Both the position numbers and the translations under genes were made by a program. The notes under the pieces are model-generated. The model saw only the letters and a list, made by a program, of their open reading frames with translations, was not told the DNA's origin and did not search any database. Positions 1 through 13,837 of a stretch of 64,000 bases of DNA are shown piece by piece. The stretch is from Octopus vulgaris (Eukaryota). The stretch is from NCBI GenBank assembly GCA_951406725.2, contig OX597830.1, forward strand, positions 69,750,001-69,814,000, read 5' to 3'. Numbering within the stretch: the first letter of the stretch is position 1; each line of letters starts with the position of its first letter.

Positions 1-391
1 GTAGTACCGTTTGTTGTTTATTCTGCCGATGCGGTTCGTAAGAAAAAAATGACTAAGGAAAGATATTTCCAAATATTTTGATAATCACGAAGAATAAGAA
101 ATATTTATAACTTTATCAGTGTTTAATAAGAACTCCTAAATTACAAATCTAAAGCGAAGTAATAATAATAGATAATAGAAATGTTTAGAAGAATATTTTC
201 TTCTAAGGAAGGCGTCCGTGTCCGAACCGTATCCAATTTATTCACTAGACAAATAAATTAATTAAATCTTCGCGCTTTCATACCTGTGATCTTATGTTAT
301 AACTTTTGACTGAAACTAGAGAATTATATATTATATAATATTTGTTACCCTCACTCCTTCGATGGAGTTTTGACTTGGTTGTTCTTCTCTA
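1..391 (+). promoter_or_regulatory. Probable promoter/5'UTR region of zeta-COP
   Basis: Unique, repeat-free sequence with several intact CpGs directly upstream of the first ATG exon. No specific core element was identified. Confidence 0.35.
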
Positions 392-418
392 ATGAGTGAA
401 TTAAAGGAAGCGGCTTTG
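392..418 (+). CDS. COPZ1: zeta-COP putative first coding exon (MSELKEAAL)
   Basis: ATG at 392, 9 codons, then a perfect donor TTG|gtaagt in phase 0. It joins the EPTL exon the way the short first exon of other zeta-COPs does. Confidence 0.7.
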
Positions 419-2656
419 GTAAGTTGTGGAAACTTCCTTGAGAGGTGTAAAAGTTGGTAATAAATAATATATCACCGATTATGTTTGTGGGACTCATTGA
501 TCTGACAGTTGGTGGTCATTTCCTCGGGAAATACTTTTATAAGTTTCTGTTTAACCCCAAGTCGGCTCTGATTGAGGAGGATATATGATCACAGCCATTC
601 CAGGCGTGGCCACGTGGATTATTTTCTGGGTTTAGTCACCTTTGAGCAACGATATCTAATGTGTATCATCCTTTTTTTTTTTTTTTTTTCACAAGGAGAT
701 GCAGCTTGTATTTCGATTACACAGGGACTCGTCTGTTCGACACAGAAAAGTAATATTCTTAGGTAAACGATGCCCATCTCATGGTACATTTGTCAACAGT
801 GACAGGCTGCGAGGGACTTTGGGAGAAAAAAAAAAACAAAATAAAGGAAAATAGCCTCCCTGCAATCATCATCATCGTTTAACGTCCGCTTTCCATGCTG
901 GCATGGTTTGGACGGTTTGACTGAGGACTGGCAAGCCAGAAGGCTGCACCAAGCTCCAATCTGATCTGGCAAAGTTTCTACAGCTGGATGCCCTTCCTAA
1001 TGCCAACCACTCTGAGAGTGTAGTGGGTGCTTTTTACGTGCCACCAGCACGAGGGCCAGTGAGGTGGTACTGGCATCGACCATGCTCAAATGGTACTTTT
1101 TACGTGCCACCAGTGAAGGAGCAAATCAGGTGGCACTGGAAACGACCACGCTCGAATGGTACTCTTTATGTGCCATCGGCATGGGATATAATATGCTTAT
1201 TGAATAAAGTACTTGGGTGCACTACAACTCATCAGGAATTGGTAAAAGACAAAGACAGAAAGTAGCAATGAGTAAAGAAAGACAACAATAATAGCCAAAA
1301 GCCGATGCACAGTGCACTAAATGAACACAAAAGATAGAAAAGTGCACAGTTGTAGAACCATTAAGATGAAATTACCTATGTACAGGCATAGGAGTGGCTG
1401 TGTGCTAAGTAGCTTACTTACGAACCACATGGTTCTGGGTTCAGTTCCACTGCGTGGCACCTTGGGCAAGTGTCTTCTACTATGGCCTTGGGCCGACCAA
1501 AGCCTTGTGAGTGGATTTGGTAGACGGAAACTGAAAGAAGCCTGTCGTATATTGTGTGTATATATATATGTATATATATATGTTTGTGTGCTTGTGTTTG
1601 TTCCCCCAACATCGCTTGACAACCAATGCTGGTGTGTTTATGTCCCCGTAACTTAGCAGTTCGGCAAAAGAGACCGATAGAATAAGTACTAGGCTTACAA
1701 AGAATAAGTCCTGGGGTCGATTTGCTTGACTAAAAGGCGGTGCTCCAGCATGGCCACAGTCAAATGACTGAAACAAGTAAAAGAGTAAAAGAGGGAGTAT
1801 GCAGGTCAAGAGTAGTGTTGGCAAATTTTGGAAAGCATGGAGTTTTTGGTGTCCTGAAAGCTAACAACTGACATGGTAGTTTATTCCATGCTTTGTCAAT
1901 TCTGAGCATATAAAAATTATGATAAATAGTTTACAAACAGTTTATAAGAATCTACCTGAAAGTAAAATTTATAAGTAACTTACACTCTAATGCCAATAGG
2001 TGCAGGTGTGGCTGTGTGGTAAGAAGTTTGCTTCCAAACCACATAGCTCTGGGTTCAATCCCACTGCATGGCACCTTGGGCAGCAGGTGTCTTTCAGTAT
2101 AGCCCTGAGATGACCAAATCCTTGTGAGTGGATTTGGTTGTCAGAAACTGAAAGTATACTGCGTATGTGTGTGTGTATTTATATATTAAGTTAGAAAACA
2201 GAGATCTAATGGATACAAATTAATTCACATTAAATTAATTTGTAATCGTTAGATCTCTCTGTTTTCTAACTTATTTGTAATATTTGATATTTTATATAAT
2301 ACATTCATCGAAAAAAACATCTCTGTAAGAGGTCTTAATATCCTCATTGTGTCTATATATATATATAGATAGATAGATAGCTTATTTGCAATTTTACAAC
2401 CTAAAGGTAGAAATATAGGCATCACTAAAGTGACAAAGGGAGCGCCAGTATTGCTAGAAATAAGAGTCAAAACAACTCAATAGCCACAGAAAGCACTATC
2501 GTAATGACTGACAAGGGAGACAAGCTCCCTGCTGAAGGGAGCTTGTCTCCCTTGTCAGTCATTACGATAGTGCTTTCCGTGGCTATTGAGTTGTTTTGAC
2601 TCTTATTTCTAGCAATACTGGTGCTGATTAGTGCCCTTGTCACTATAGTGACATCG

Positions 2657-2702
<46 letters not shown>

Positions 2703-4980
2703 CCATGATATATCGGTAGCCACTACACACATTTTTTTCTCTCTTTGTTTCTCTCCTTGTTTTTTCTGTGTCCCTTTCTGTAGAGGAGCGTAGGCTCGAA
2801 ATGTAAAAGACTTTTTCTATTCCTGAGCGTTATACTAATACATCTGTTTGTTTTGTACACCACCTGTCTTCGTCTTTTGTTTTTTTCATATGCTTATTGC
2901 ATATATGTATTTATGTGTGTCTATCTTTGTATCTGTGTTTGTCCCCTGCCACCACTTGACAACCGGTGTTGGTGTGTTTGTGTCCCCATATCGCAAACGA
3001 GGATGAAAGAATGAGTACTGGAGTTGATAAGTTCAACTAAAATTCTTCCAAGCATTGTCCCAGCATGACTGCTGTCCAATGACTGAAACAAGTGAAAGAT
3101 AGAAGATAAAAAGGTTCACCCAATTAGTGTTGACATTAAATGTATAACATCATAGCATCTTTGGAAGTGTTCTTTTATAGACGCCAATAATGTATCAAAG
3201 TACCATTACCCAAATTTATAGGAAATGTAATTAGATAGCATGTCTTTCTGAAAAAGTTTTGTAAATGAAGTGAAATACTGTATTGAGTGATTCGTAATTC
3301 TTTGAAATATCGTTGCAGGAACCCACTTTGCAGACTATCAAAGCCATCGTTATCCTGGATAACGATGGTTGTCGTCTTGTAGCCAAAGTAAGTGACTTTC
3401 AAATTTCTTATTCTTATTAACACTCTATGTAATGATCAAAGGGGTAGGCTACTGAATGGCAGCTTGAAGTTGATTGCTCACATCATCATAGTTATTGTTT
3501 TCCAATCACTTTTCCATGCTTGCATTGGTCCACTGGAATTTGTTGGAGAATTTTCTGTGGTTGGATGCCCTTCCTGTCACCAACATTTACCTGTTTCCGA
3601 GCAAGGGTACTAATTGTGGAGGGAACATGCAGAATGAGCAGACCCAAGAAGATGGATGTGAGATGAAGTGGTGAGGAAAGATCTTCAGACAATGGGGTTC
3701 ACAGAGGAGATGACAAGGGCCCAAGACTTCTTCCAGTTTGCTGCACTTGAGAAGACACACTAAGCTTAGTAAAATAGTGACTGTCTCTGCATGCAGGCAT
3801 GTCCCCTACATCCCTCACTCAGCCGAGAGATCCTCGTCTTGTGGGCTCATGGGTGCTGTGCCATGTAAAAGTACCTGTGTTGGTGTCACATAAATGTGAC
3901 TGTGCCAATGCCATGTATAAGTGCCACATAAATGGCACCCGTGCTGGTGCCATATAACGACCATCCAGTATGCTCTGTAAAGTGGTTGGCATTAGGAAGG
4001 GCATCCAGCTGTCGAAACCATGCAAAAACTGACAGATGGTGCTCACACAGCCTTCCAGTTGGCCAACTCCTATCAAACCGTCCAACTCATGCCAGCATGG
4101 AGAACAGACGTTAAAAGATGATGATGTAATACTTCCCCATGGCTAGATATTATTTTTTCATGGAAGACTGGAACAAACAACACTGCTTGGATGATGGTGA
4201 TGCTTGTTTACAATATCATCACTTGTCAGGACAAGAGCACACAAACACACATTTCAATTTCTGTCTGTGAAATCTGTTCTATTAGGGGCTACAAAAGAAG
4301 ACATTTGCCCACTGTACTGTGCAGCAGGATTGAACCCAAGACAAAATAGCTGGGGAGCAAGCTTCTGTAGCTACCCTTGCACCAGGTACAGTATTATACC
4401 TATGACCCAATAAAGAGTAAAAACCCGCTTCAATAATGAATGACCATGAAACTGCACCTAGAAAGTTACCCTCCGAGGCACAAGTCTGGGTAAGGTTGTT
4501 CATAGAAGACAAGCAGTCACCCATTCATACCATCTTCCCCTCTCCACATCACTAATGTGATCCAAGGGAAAGGCAAAGGCCAATACAGCTTGGTGCCAGT
4601 GATGGCACAACCTATTTCTACAGCTGAAATAAAGTGTCTTGCTCAAGAACACAACACTTAGCCCAGTCTGGGGATCAAACTCACTACCTCATGATTGTGA
4701 GCCCAGCGCTCTAACCACTGAGCCATGCACCTTCACATACTCTTAGTTAATTATTCATATGTGTTATATAGCATATTTAAGATAATCTGAAATTTTATGT
4801 AGGTGTACTTACCACAAGCCTCACTGAATACAGACAAATGTTTATTTTCTCTGGTGTAGAAAAAATATTTGGATTGTAGAGTTGCAAATACGTGCTTATA
4901 CTGTTTGTAGTGACTTATAATTTAAAAATTATAGGTATACTAAAATGGGAAGCAAGCTTTTTACTACACAGCGACACCTG

Positions 4981-5027
<47 letters not shown>

Positions 5028-5414
5028 TTATTTGAGGGAATAAAATCCAAACTTACAAGGAAAAAAATTCAATTTAGAAATACTAAATCAAATTTCACAC
5101 AATATAATATATATATATATATTAGAAAAAAACACCTTTATCAATTCAAAATGAACAATTAAATTACACCATCTAGAAAATTACATATAATAGAAATATT
5201 AAAATTAAAATAACGATAAAATGTCAAAGATTGAGTAAATTGCACAAAATAATATTAATAATAATATATTATATACGTTTTTATTATTATTTTGTGCAAT
5301 TTACTCAATCTTTGACATTTTATTGTTATTTTAATTTTAATATTTCTATTATATGTAATTTTCTAGATGGTGTAATTTAATTGTTCATTTTGAATTGATA
5401 AAAGGTGGGTTTTT

Positions 5415-5485
<71 letters not shown>

Positions 5486-8400
5486 AACCTACACGTAGGC
5501 ATGCTGTTAGGTTTTCATACTGAATGAAAATATTAGATCATATGTCATCGTCATCATTTAACGTCCATTGTCCATGCTGGCTTGGGTTGGACGTTTTAAC
5601 CGGGGCTGGTAAGCTGAAGGGCTGCACCAGACTCTAATAAGATTTGGCAGGGTTTTTACGGTTGGATGCTCTTTCCTAACATCAACCACTCCGAGAGTGT
5701 AATGGGTGCTTTTACGTGCCACCAATATCTGCCACGACTATGATTTCATTTTACTGGATGGGTTTTCTTCTCAATCACGTCTTCTGTCATTGCCTCCGTG
5801 AGGCCCAGCTTTCGGAAGGTGTTTTGTACCTGTAAATGAATGTCAAGTAGTTGTGTCTTTGATAAAGTGATTCATTTACAAATTTAATATATGACTGTAT
5901 TTGTAAAGGATCACTAAGAACTTTCCTGATCCCAGATTAGATAGAAACTTAAGCATATTGTGTTGTGTATGGGGAGAGTCACTTTCTTTTTGTGCCTTAT
6001 AATGTAACACACTCACCGGTAAAATTTCCACTTTTTTCTTATTTTTATTTTCCTAAAATTTTCCTTGCGTCTTGCAACCTTTTCAATTGGAAAATGAAAA
6101 TAAGAAATAAGTGGAAATTTTACCGGTGAATATGTTACATCATAATGCACAAAAAGAAAGTGATTCTCCCCATACACAACACAATATGCTTCAACACACG
6201 AACTCACATAAAGAATCTTGCAAACCAAATCTAAAAACGAAATAAGCATATTGAATATACGAGAATTATCTCCCTTGCATTGTTCCCCTCATGTTCCTTC
6301 ACAGGAACAACTCGTCCGCGTCAGAATTTCCAGGGATTCACAGACAAATCACCTGTCACAGTGTTTAACATTTTGGTCCTGTCAATATGTGTTTAGATAT
6401 TTACATAGTTTTATTGTTTTACATTGTCTGATGTTTGATTGAATTTTTTTATATTTAATTTTTTCGGGTCAATTTCGTTGATTTTATACTAAAGTGGTCC
6501 ATGGATTGGAGGAAGTCTATCCAATTCGTTGCAAACATGGATAAAGCGGATGTAAAATGATTGTCTCTTGATCCCTATGTCTACTGGCCTATATATATAT
6601 ATATATATATATACAGAAGGCTCTATTTTCCATGTTTACATGGGTAGAATGAATGTTGTTATCCGACAGCTAGATAGGAACAAACGGAGTTATCTACCTT
6701 GCATACCGGAGTGATGTTATTACTTTTGTACATTATTGGATCTTTTATTCAGCTTCCCAAAGTCCGGGTATACGGTGCACCATCATACTATATTCTGTAT
6801 TCAGTTAGCAGACCCTGTTTTTGAAGTTGGTTAATTTGCCTACAATGTGTTAAAATAGGTTTTTTTTTTTTTTTAAATGGATTGATAAAGATTAAACATA
6901 CACAACTTTAGAAGTCTATTAATGTGTACTTCTGTTAAATAAAACCATGTTCTTCACTTTTTTTTGTTTAATTTTCGTCTTTTAAACATTATGCTATATA
7001 CATGATGCATTATAGTAATATTTTAAGAAATTTAAGTGTATCAATAGCTATCAGACAGACTGTGCTTTCAGATTGGAGTCTGGTGCAGCCATCTGGTTCG
7101 CCAGACCTCAGTCAAATCGTCCAACCCATGCTAGCATGGAAAGCGGACGTTAAACGATGATGATGATGATGTTTCTAAAGTATGTTTGTTATTGTTTTGT
7201 TTCCTTGTTATTTCCAGTATTATGATAAAACTTTCACGACTGTGAAGGAACAGAAAGATTTTGAAAAGAATCTCTTCAACAAGACATACCGAGCAAATGG
7301 TAAGCTATGTTTTGGTTTCTTTCTTTATTAAAGTAATATTTAATGCTTGATCATTTCATTGGGAATTAATTGCATGATTTCCGTGCTGGTGGCATGTAAA
7401 AGGGCACCATTCAAGCGTGATCGTTACCAACGTCGCCTTACTGGCACCTGTGCTGGTGGCATGTGTAAAAAGATTCGAGTGAGGTCATTGCCAGTACTGC
7501 CTGACTGGCCCCCGTGCCGTGGCACGTAAAAGGGCACCATTCGAGCGTGATCGCTACTAACGTCGCCTTACTGGCACCTGTGCCGGTGGCATGTGTAAAT
7601 AAGATTCGAGCGAGGTCATTGCTAGTACCTATTTCTTTATTACCCACAAGGGGCTAAACACAGATGGGACACAAACAACGACAGACATAGGTATTAAGTC
7701 AATTACATCGACCCCAGTGCATAACTGGTACTTAATTTATCGACCCCGAAAGGATGAAAGGCAAAGTTGACCTCGGCGGAATTTGAACTCACAACGTAAC
7801 GCAGACGAAATACCGCTAAGCGTTTCGCCCGGCGTGCTAACGTTTCTGCCAGCTCGGTCATTGCTAGTACCGCCTGACTGGCCCCCGTGCCGGTGGCACG
7901 TAAAAAGCACCCACTACACTCTCAGAGTGGTTGGCATTAGGAAGGGCATCCAGCTGTAGAAACTCTGCCAGATCAAGAATGGAGCCTGGTGCAGCCATAC
8001 GGTTCATCAGCCCTCAGTCAAAATCGTCCAACCCATACTAGCATGGAAAGCAGACGTTAAACGATGATGATGATGATGGTACAAGCTGAAAGTTGGTGTG
8101 TCAGTGGATTGTATTATGAGGATCAAAGAAGTGGAGCAGTATTTTTGTGTAAATCAGTATATTATTGGTGAAAAGTGTTTATGAAATGACAGAAGCACAT
8201 TAATCCTCATTGATATTAAGAAGAAAACAGGTATACAAATGCTATGAGAAGTTATTGAATGAAGAGAATGTGTATAAGAGAGAGGAGCAGAGAGGTCTAC
8301 TAGAAGTACACCAAAATAAGGACTGGATATTGAGGCTAACAATATGTGTATAATTATTGGCAATTGTTTGGTTGAGAGCATTCTTGAATGTAGTAGAGCC

Positions 8401-11400
8401 ACAGAAATGCTGAAAATACTTCCTGAAGTTCACAACCATCACATGATGGATGCCAAGTTAGGGGTACACACAAATACCCCCCCTCCCCACTATATACGTA
8501 TATATGATGGGCTTCTTCCTGTCTCTCTTTACTAAATCCACTCAAAAGGATTGGATTTAGTTGGCTTGAGGCTATAGTAAAAGAAACTAGCCTAAGGTAG
8601 CACACAGCATGATTGAAACTGAATCCACATGGTTTGGAAGCAGGTTTCTGAACCACACAGCCAAGCCTATGCTTATGTATGGAAGCTATTACATCTGTTG
8701 GCAACAAAGAGATACTCTATGAATGAAGGGCAGATTGTATGATGCTCGAGTATGAAATGCAGTAGTATATGGTAGCAAAAATGGGCATTAAATACAGAGG
8801 ATGTGTGAAGATTGGTAAGAAATTAGGTGAACAATGACGACCCTCTTCATTGCTTTTAGTTATAAATCCACTTTCAGGAGTCTAAAAATTTTTCCTGAGT
8901 TTCGAGATATAAGGGGAGGTAACTGTGCGTTTACTGATGTTAGCTGACATTTGGTGTATTTTTGCATGGTCGAGGCAACAGAAAGTGTCTCTTGCTGGTC
9001 AAGATGCAAGAGAGAGAGAGAGGAGTTAAGCTGGAAGCAAGAGGAGAAAACGAGTAGCGATTTGGCTGTCACTTTTTACCCATCAATGGGAAGATGTTAC
9101 AGTTTAGGGTCGAAACACTCAATGATCTTTGGATGAGTCAGATGACATCACCAATGGTGAATGAAAGAGGGCTGACCAAAGTCCTGTTAGTGGGTTTGGA
9201 AGATAGAAACTAAAAGAAGCCTATCGTGTTCACACTCACTCACACACATATCTGTATATGTATGTATATATGTGTGTGTGAGTGTGTGTATATTTGTGTC
9301 TCTTTTGAGAGTGGGTTTCAGTAACTGATGAGGAGCTGGAATGAGAGGTAGAGATGGTGGTGATAAGGTCTGAGGGTGAGCCCTGGGTGCAGCTCATTCC
9401 ACCTCCACACCAGTCACTGAAACCCGTTCTTCGTGTGATAGTCACAAATGAGTATCACATTCACACTAACAATGGCCAGATACATTTTCACAGAATCCCG
9501 AATATGAATGACATTCATCATCATCATCATCATCATCATCTTAAAAGGGATGTTAAACGATGATGATGATGAATGTCATTCATATTCAGGATTCTGTGAA
9601 AATGTATCTGGCCATGGGGAAGTATTACTTCATTTGGAATCAGGTGAGGGTTAGGTTAGTGACAGGCAGAGCAAGCATCCAGCTGTAGAAAATCTGCTTC
9701 ACTAAACTTCATCTGACCCATGCAAGCATAGAAAAGTAGATGTTAAAATGATGGCAATAATATATATACATACACACTCATATATACTCCTTCTTGTAAT
9801 GTCTGGTTTCATGTCAAATTTTTCACAATTTCTTATTTCATTTATTTCTGTTTTCAGCTGAAATTATCATGCTTGAAGGTTTGACCTGTGTGTATAAAAG
9901 TAATGTTGACCTCTACTTTTATGTGATTGGAAGTTCGCAGGAAAACGAGGTGGGTGCCATTTGAGCCCTTGACACTTCTTATCTTAATGTCTTTTAACTT
10001 TCATTTGCGTTTGTTGCTAGCGACACTTTCATTTATGTTTTCCTTCAGACCATGTGGCATTTTCAGTCTCACCTATATCACTGGTATTGGTTGCTGAACA
10101 GTTGATAGAAAATTTTTAATTAGGTTTAGCCCTGTATAAAAAATAAGAATAGAGTGGTTGGCATTAGGAAGGGCATCCAGCTGTAGAAACTCTGCCAGAT
10201 CATATTGGAGTCTGGTGCAGCCATCTGGTTTGTTGGACCTCAGTCAAATCGTCCAACCCATGCTAGCATGGAAAGCGGATGTTGAACAATGATGACGATG
10301 ATAAAGTTTTAGAGTTAACACATCTAATGCAAAGAGCATTAAAAAGTTGATTAGAAAGTGTTTTGCAGTAAGATCTTTCCTGTTCTGCTCCCGGGGTTCA
10401 CCTTGACACCTCATCACCACCATTTCTATCTCCCATTCCAGCTCCACACCAGTTACTGAAACCCACATTTGTGTAACAAGAACAGCCTTGTAGCTCCTCT
10501 ACAGCAAGAAACCTGTTCTAGCCTCTTCCTTTATACTATAGGAGAATATTGTAGTTTACTTGAAGCATTGTGTATTGTTTGTGAAGAATAAAATGTTTTG
10601 AATGGTACAACAATGCACTATAATACAGACAATGGGCTATATACCTGTTGTAATTTAGTCATCCGTAGTCTGATGAGATTTCAGAATAAAATTCCTTCTT
10701 CAGATATTCTTAGGTGGATGACTCCATCTAAGAATATCAGAAGAAGGAATTTTATTCCGAAATACCATATCAGACTATGGATGACTAAATTACAACAGGT
10801 ATATAGCCCATTATCTGTATTATAGGCATTGATGTACCATTCAAAACTTTTTATTCTTTATTCTATAACTTTTCATCCAGTATCAATCTACCTTCTTTGG
10901 CTGTAGTCCCACACAGTTAAAGAGGAGTATAGTCTTGCCAGCTACATGGCAGCTTCACTTGTGCCTAGTATAATGTAAAAAGTAACCAGTACATTCTGTG
11001 AATAGGTTGGCATTAGAAAATGCATCCTGCCATAGAAATCATGCCAAAGCTGTTTGACAGTGGAACATGATGCAGTCCTTTGACTTGTTAGTTGCCATTG
11101 AACCATTCAACCCATGCCAGCATGGAAGGCAAACATTAACAAGATGAGAATGAAAAAACAACAATGTTAATCATCAGTGAATATTATTGTAGTTATTTAT
11201 ATAAGGTGGTGAACTGGCAGAAGCGTTAGCACATCTTTACGTTCTGAGTTCAAATTCCGCCATGGTCGACATTTTATCCATTCGGGGTTTGATAAAATAA
11301 GTAACAGTTGAATACTGGGTCAATGTAATCGACTTATCCCCTCCCTCAAATTTGCTGGCTTTTTTGCCAAAAATTGAAGCCAATATTATTGTAGTTATTT

Positions 11401-13801
11401 TGACAATATGGGAGAGAACTCTTGATATAGTTTGTCTTTATATTTTCATCAGCAAAGCAGAAATTGCAGTGTATTTGCCAAAGTTGGGATGGGAGTATCA
11501 CTAGCTTATTGTACATTGGTTGGTGTAGGAAACTAGAATTGTTTAGGGAATAGTGCTGCATCGTGGGGCAAAACACTGAAGGTCATAATTACCAAATGAA
11601 CTGAATTTAAATGCACATGTCCTCTTATGAATCTCTATGGTCCATGGATGGCACCAATTTCTTCAGCTTCCATTGTATAAAAGAAATGACAATCAAATAT
11701 ACCTTGGGCAGCAACACATTTGCAGTTCTCTTTATATTATCTGAAAGCCAGAATATAATAAGATAATCAAAATCAAAATCATTTTGATGACTGGCATCCG
11801 TGCTAGCAGGGTGCAAAGAGCACCATACGAGTGTGATCATTGACAGAGCGGCTATTCGAGTATGATCGTAACCAGCATCGCCTTACTGGCACTTATGCCT
11901 GTGCTAGTAGGGTGCCAAGAACACCATCCGAGCTTGATCGTTGCCAGAGCAGCCATACCCGTGGCACGTAAAAGGGCACCATTTAAGCGTGATCGTTACC
12001 AACGTCGCTTCACTGGCACCTGTGCCGGTAGCACATGTAAAAAGATTCGACCGAGGTCATTGCCAGTACCGCCTGACTGGCCCCTATGCAGGTGGCACGT
12101 AAAAAGCACCCACTGCACTCTCGGAGTGGTTGGCAGTAGTAAAGGGCATCCAGCTGTAGAAACTCTGCCAGATCAAGACTGGAGCCTGGTGCAGCCATCT
12201 GGTTCGCCAGCCCTCAGTCAAAATCGTCCAACCCATGCTAGCATGGAAGGCAGACGTTAAACGATGATGATGATTTGATTAAATGTTGATAATAGTCAAC
12301 AGTAAGCATCTTTTGGAAGGATTTGTTAGTAATTAAATTAACATTTTGGTATATCCACATAATAGATGTAAATGTGGCTGTGTGGTAAGAAGTTTGTTTC
12401 CCAACCACACGGTTCCAGGTTCAGTTCCACCTTGGGCAAGTGTCTTTGGGCCAACCAAAGCCTTGTGAGTGGATTTGGTTGATGGAAACTGTAAGGAGTC
12501 CATTGTGTATGTGTGTGTGTGTATACATGTGTCTGTGTTTGTCCCCCACCACTGCTTGACAACTAGTGTTGGTGTGTATATGTCCCCATAACTTAGCAGT
12601 TCAGCAAATGAGACCAACTGGATAAATACCAAGCTTAAAATACAGGCCAAGTGCTTAGAGTAGAAAAGAAATACCAAGCTTGAAAAAACAATGTTCTGGA
12701 GTCAATTGATTTGACTAAAAATTCATCAAGGCAGTGCACCAGCATGGCCACAGTCAAATGACAGAAACAAGTAGAAGATAAAAGACCTCTTATAAAATTG
12801 AGTTGTAGTGAACTGGCAGACCTCTCAGGGAATTAGGCGAAAGATGAGGAATTAGAGAAAGAAATAGTGTATGTAACTCATTTACAGATGTTATGATATT
12901 TTCTAAATTCTATGTATGTGTATATATATGGCACTAAAGTGCAAGATAGTTACCCAAAGTGTTACACAGTGGGTCTGAACCCAAAATTCTATGTTTGCTA
13001 AATGGGCTTCTTTACCACATATACATGTCTGTGCCTACGTCTTATGAAACAAAAGACAAATAGGATATATCTGAAGAAAAGAATAAGAATTATGAGAGAG
13101 TTATAGCTGGAATGCTTCTGGTCATAGATCTATTCCTTCTGGACTAAAGCCACATGGCGCAGTGGGTATAGCATTGGACTTACAATCTTGAGGCAGTGAG
13201 TTCGATCCCTGGGTTGTGCATTGTGTTCTTGAGCAAGACACTTTATTTCATGTTGCTCCAGTTCACTCAGCTGTTGAATTAATATGCGACATCACTGGTG
13301 CCAAACTGTATCAGCCTTTGACTTTCTCTTGGACAAAATCAGTGCTGTGGAGAGAGGAGACTGGTGTGCATGGGTGACTGCTGGTCTTCCATAAACAGCC
13401 TTGCCCAGACTTGTACCTTGGAGGGTAACTTTCTAGGTGCAATTCTATGGTCATTCATGGCCGAAGGGGATCCTTACCCTTTACCCTAACCTGGTATTAA
13501 ACAGTGATAGGCTATGTAATATACTTGGTCAACAGCTTGAAGATCCAAGAAAAACCCGTTTCAATTTTGTTTCGAAGCTCTTCCTTCTCCCTTACTAATT
13601 TTATTCCAGGTTCATATAAGAAATCAAGATATATATATATATATATATATTTCTCTCCCTGTTTTTTCTGTGTCCCTTTCTGTAGAAGAGCATAGGCTCG
13701 AAACGTAAAACACTTTTTCTATTCCTGAGCATTATACTAATACATCTGTTTGTTTTGTACACCACCTGTCTTCGTCTTTTGTTTTTTTCATAAACTATCC
13801 C

Positions 13802-13837
<36 letters not shown>

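Noticed and set aside
1317-1824. Recurrent ORFs with [11 protein letters not shown] / GTLGKCLLL / HSQGFGRP peptides
   Set aside because: These are chance frames of SINE A copies on both strands, not a gene family.
419-7217. Intronic miRNA analogous to vertebrate miR-148b/miR-152 in COPZ genes
   Set aside because: No matching mature sequence or clean pre-miRNA hairpin was seen. That family is vertebrate-associated.
7381-7912. CRISPR-like repeat-spacer appearance
   Set aside because: The context is eukaryotic, the spacers are mutually homologous, there are no cas genes, and the array is part of an RTE 3'UTR.
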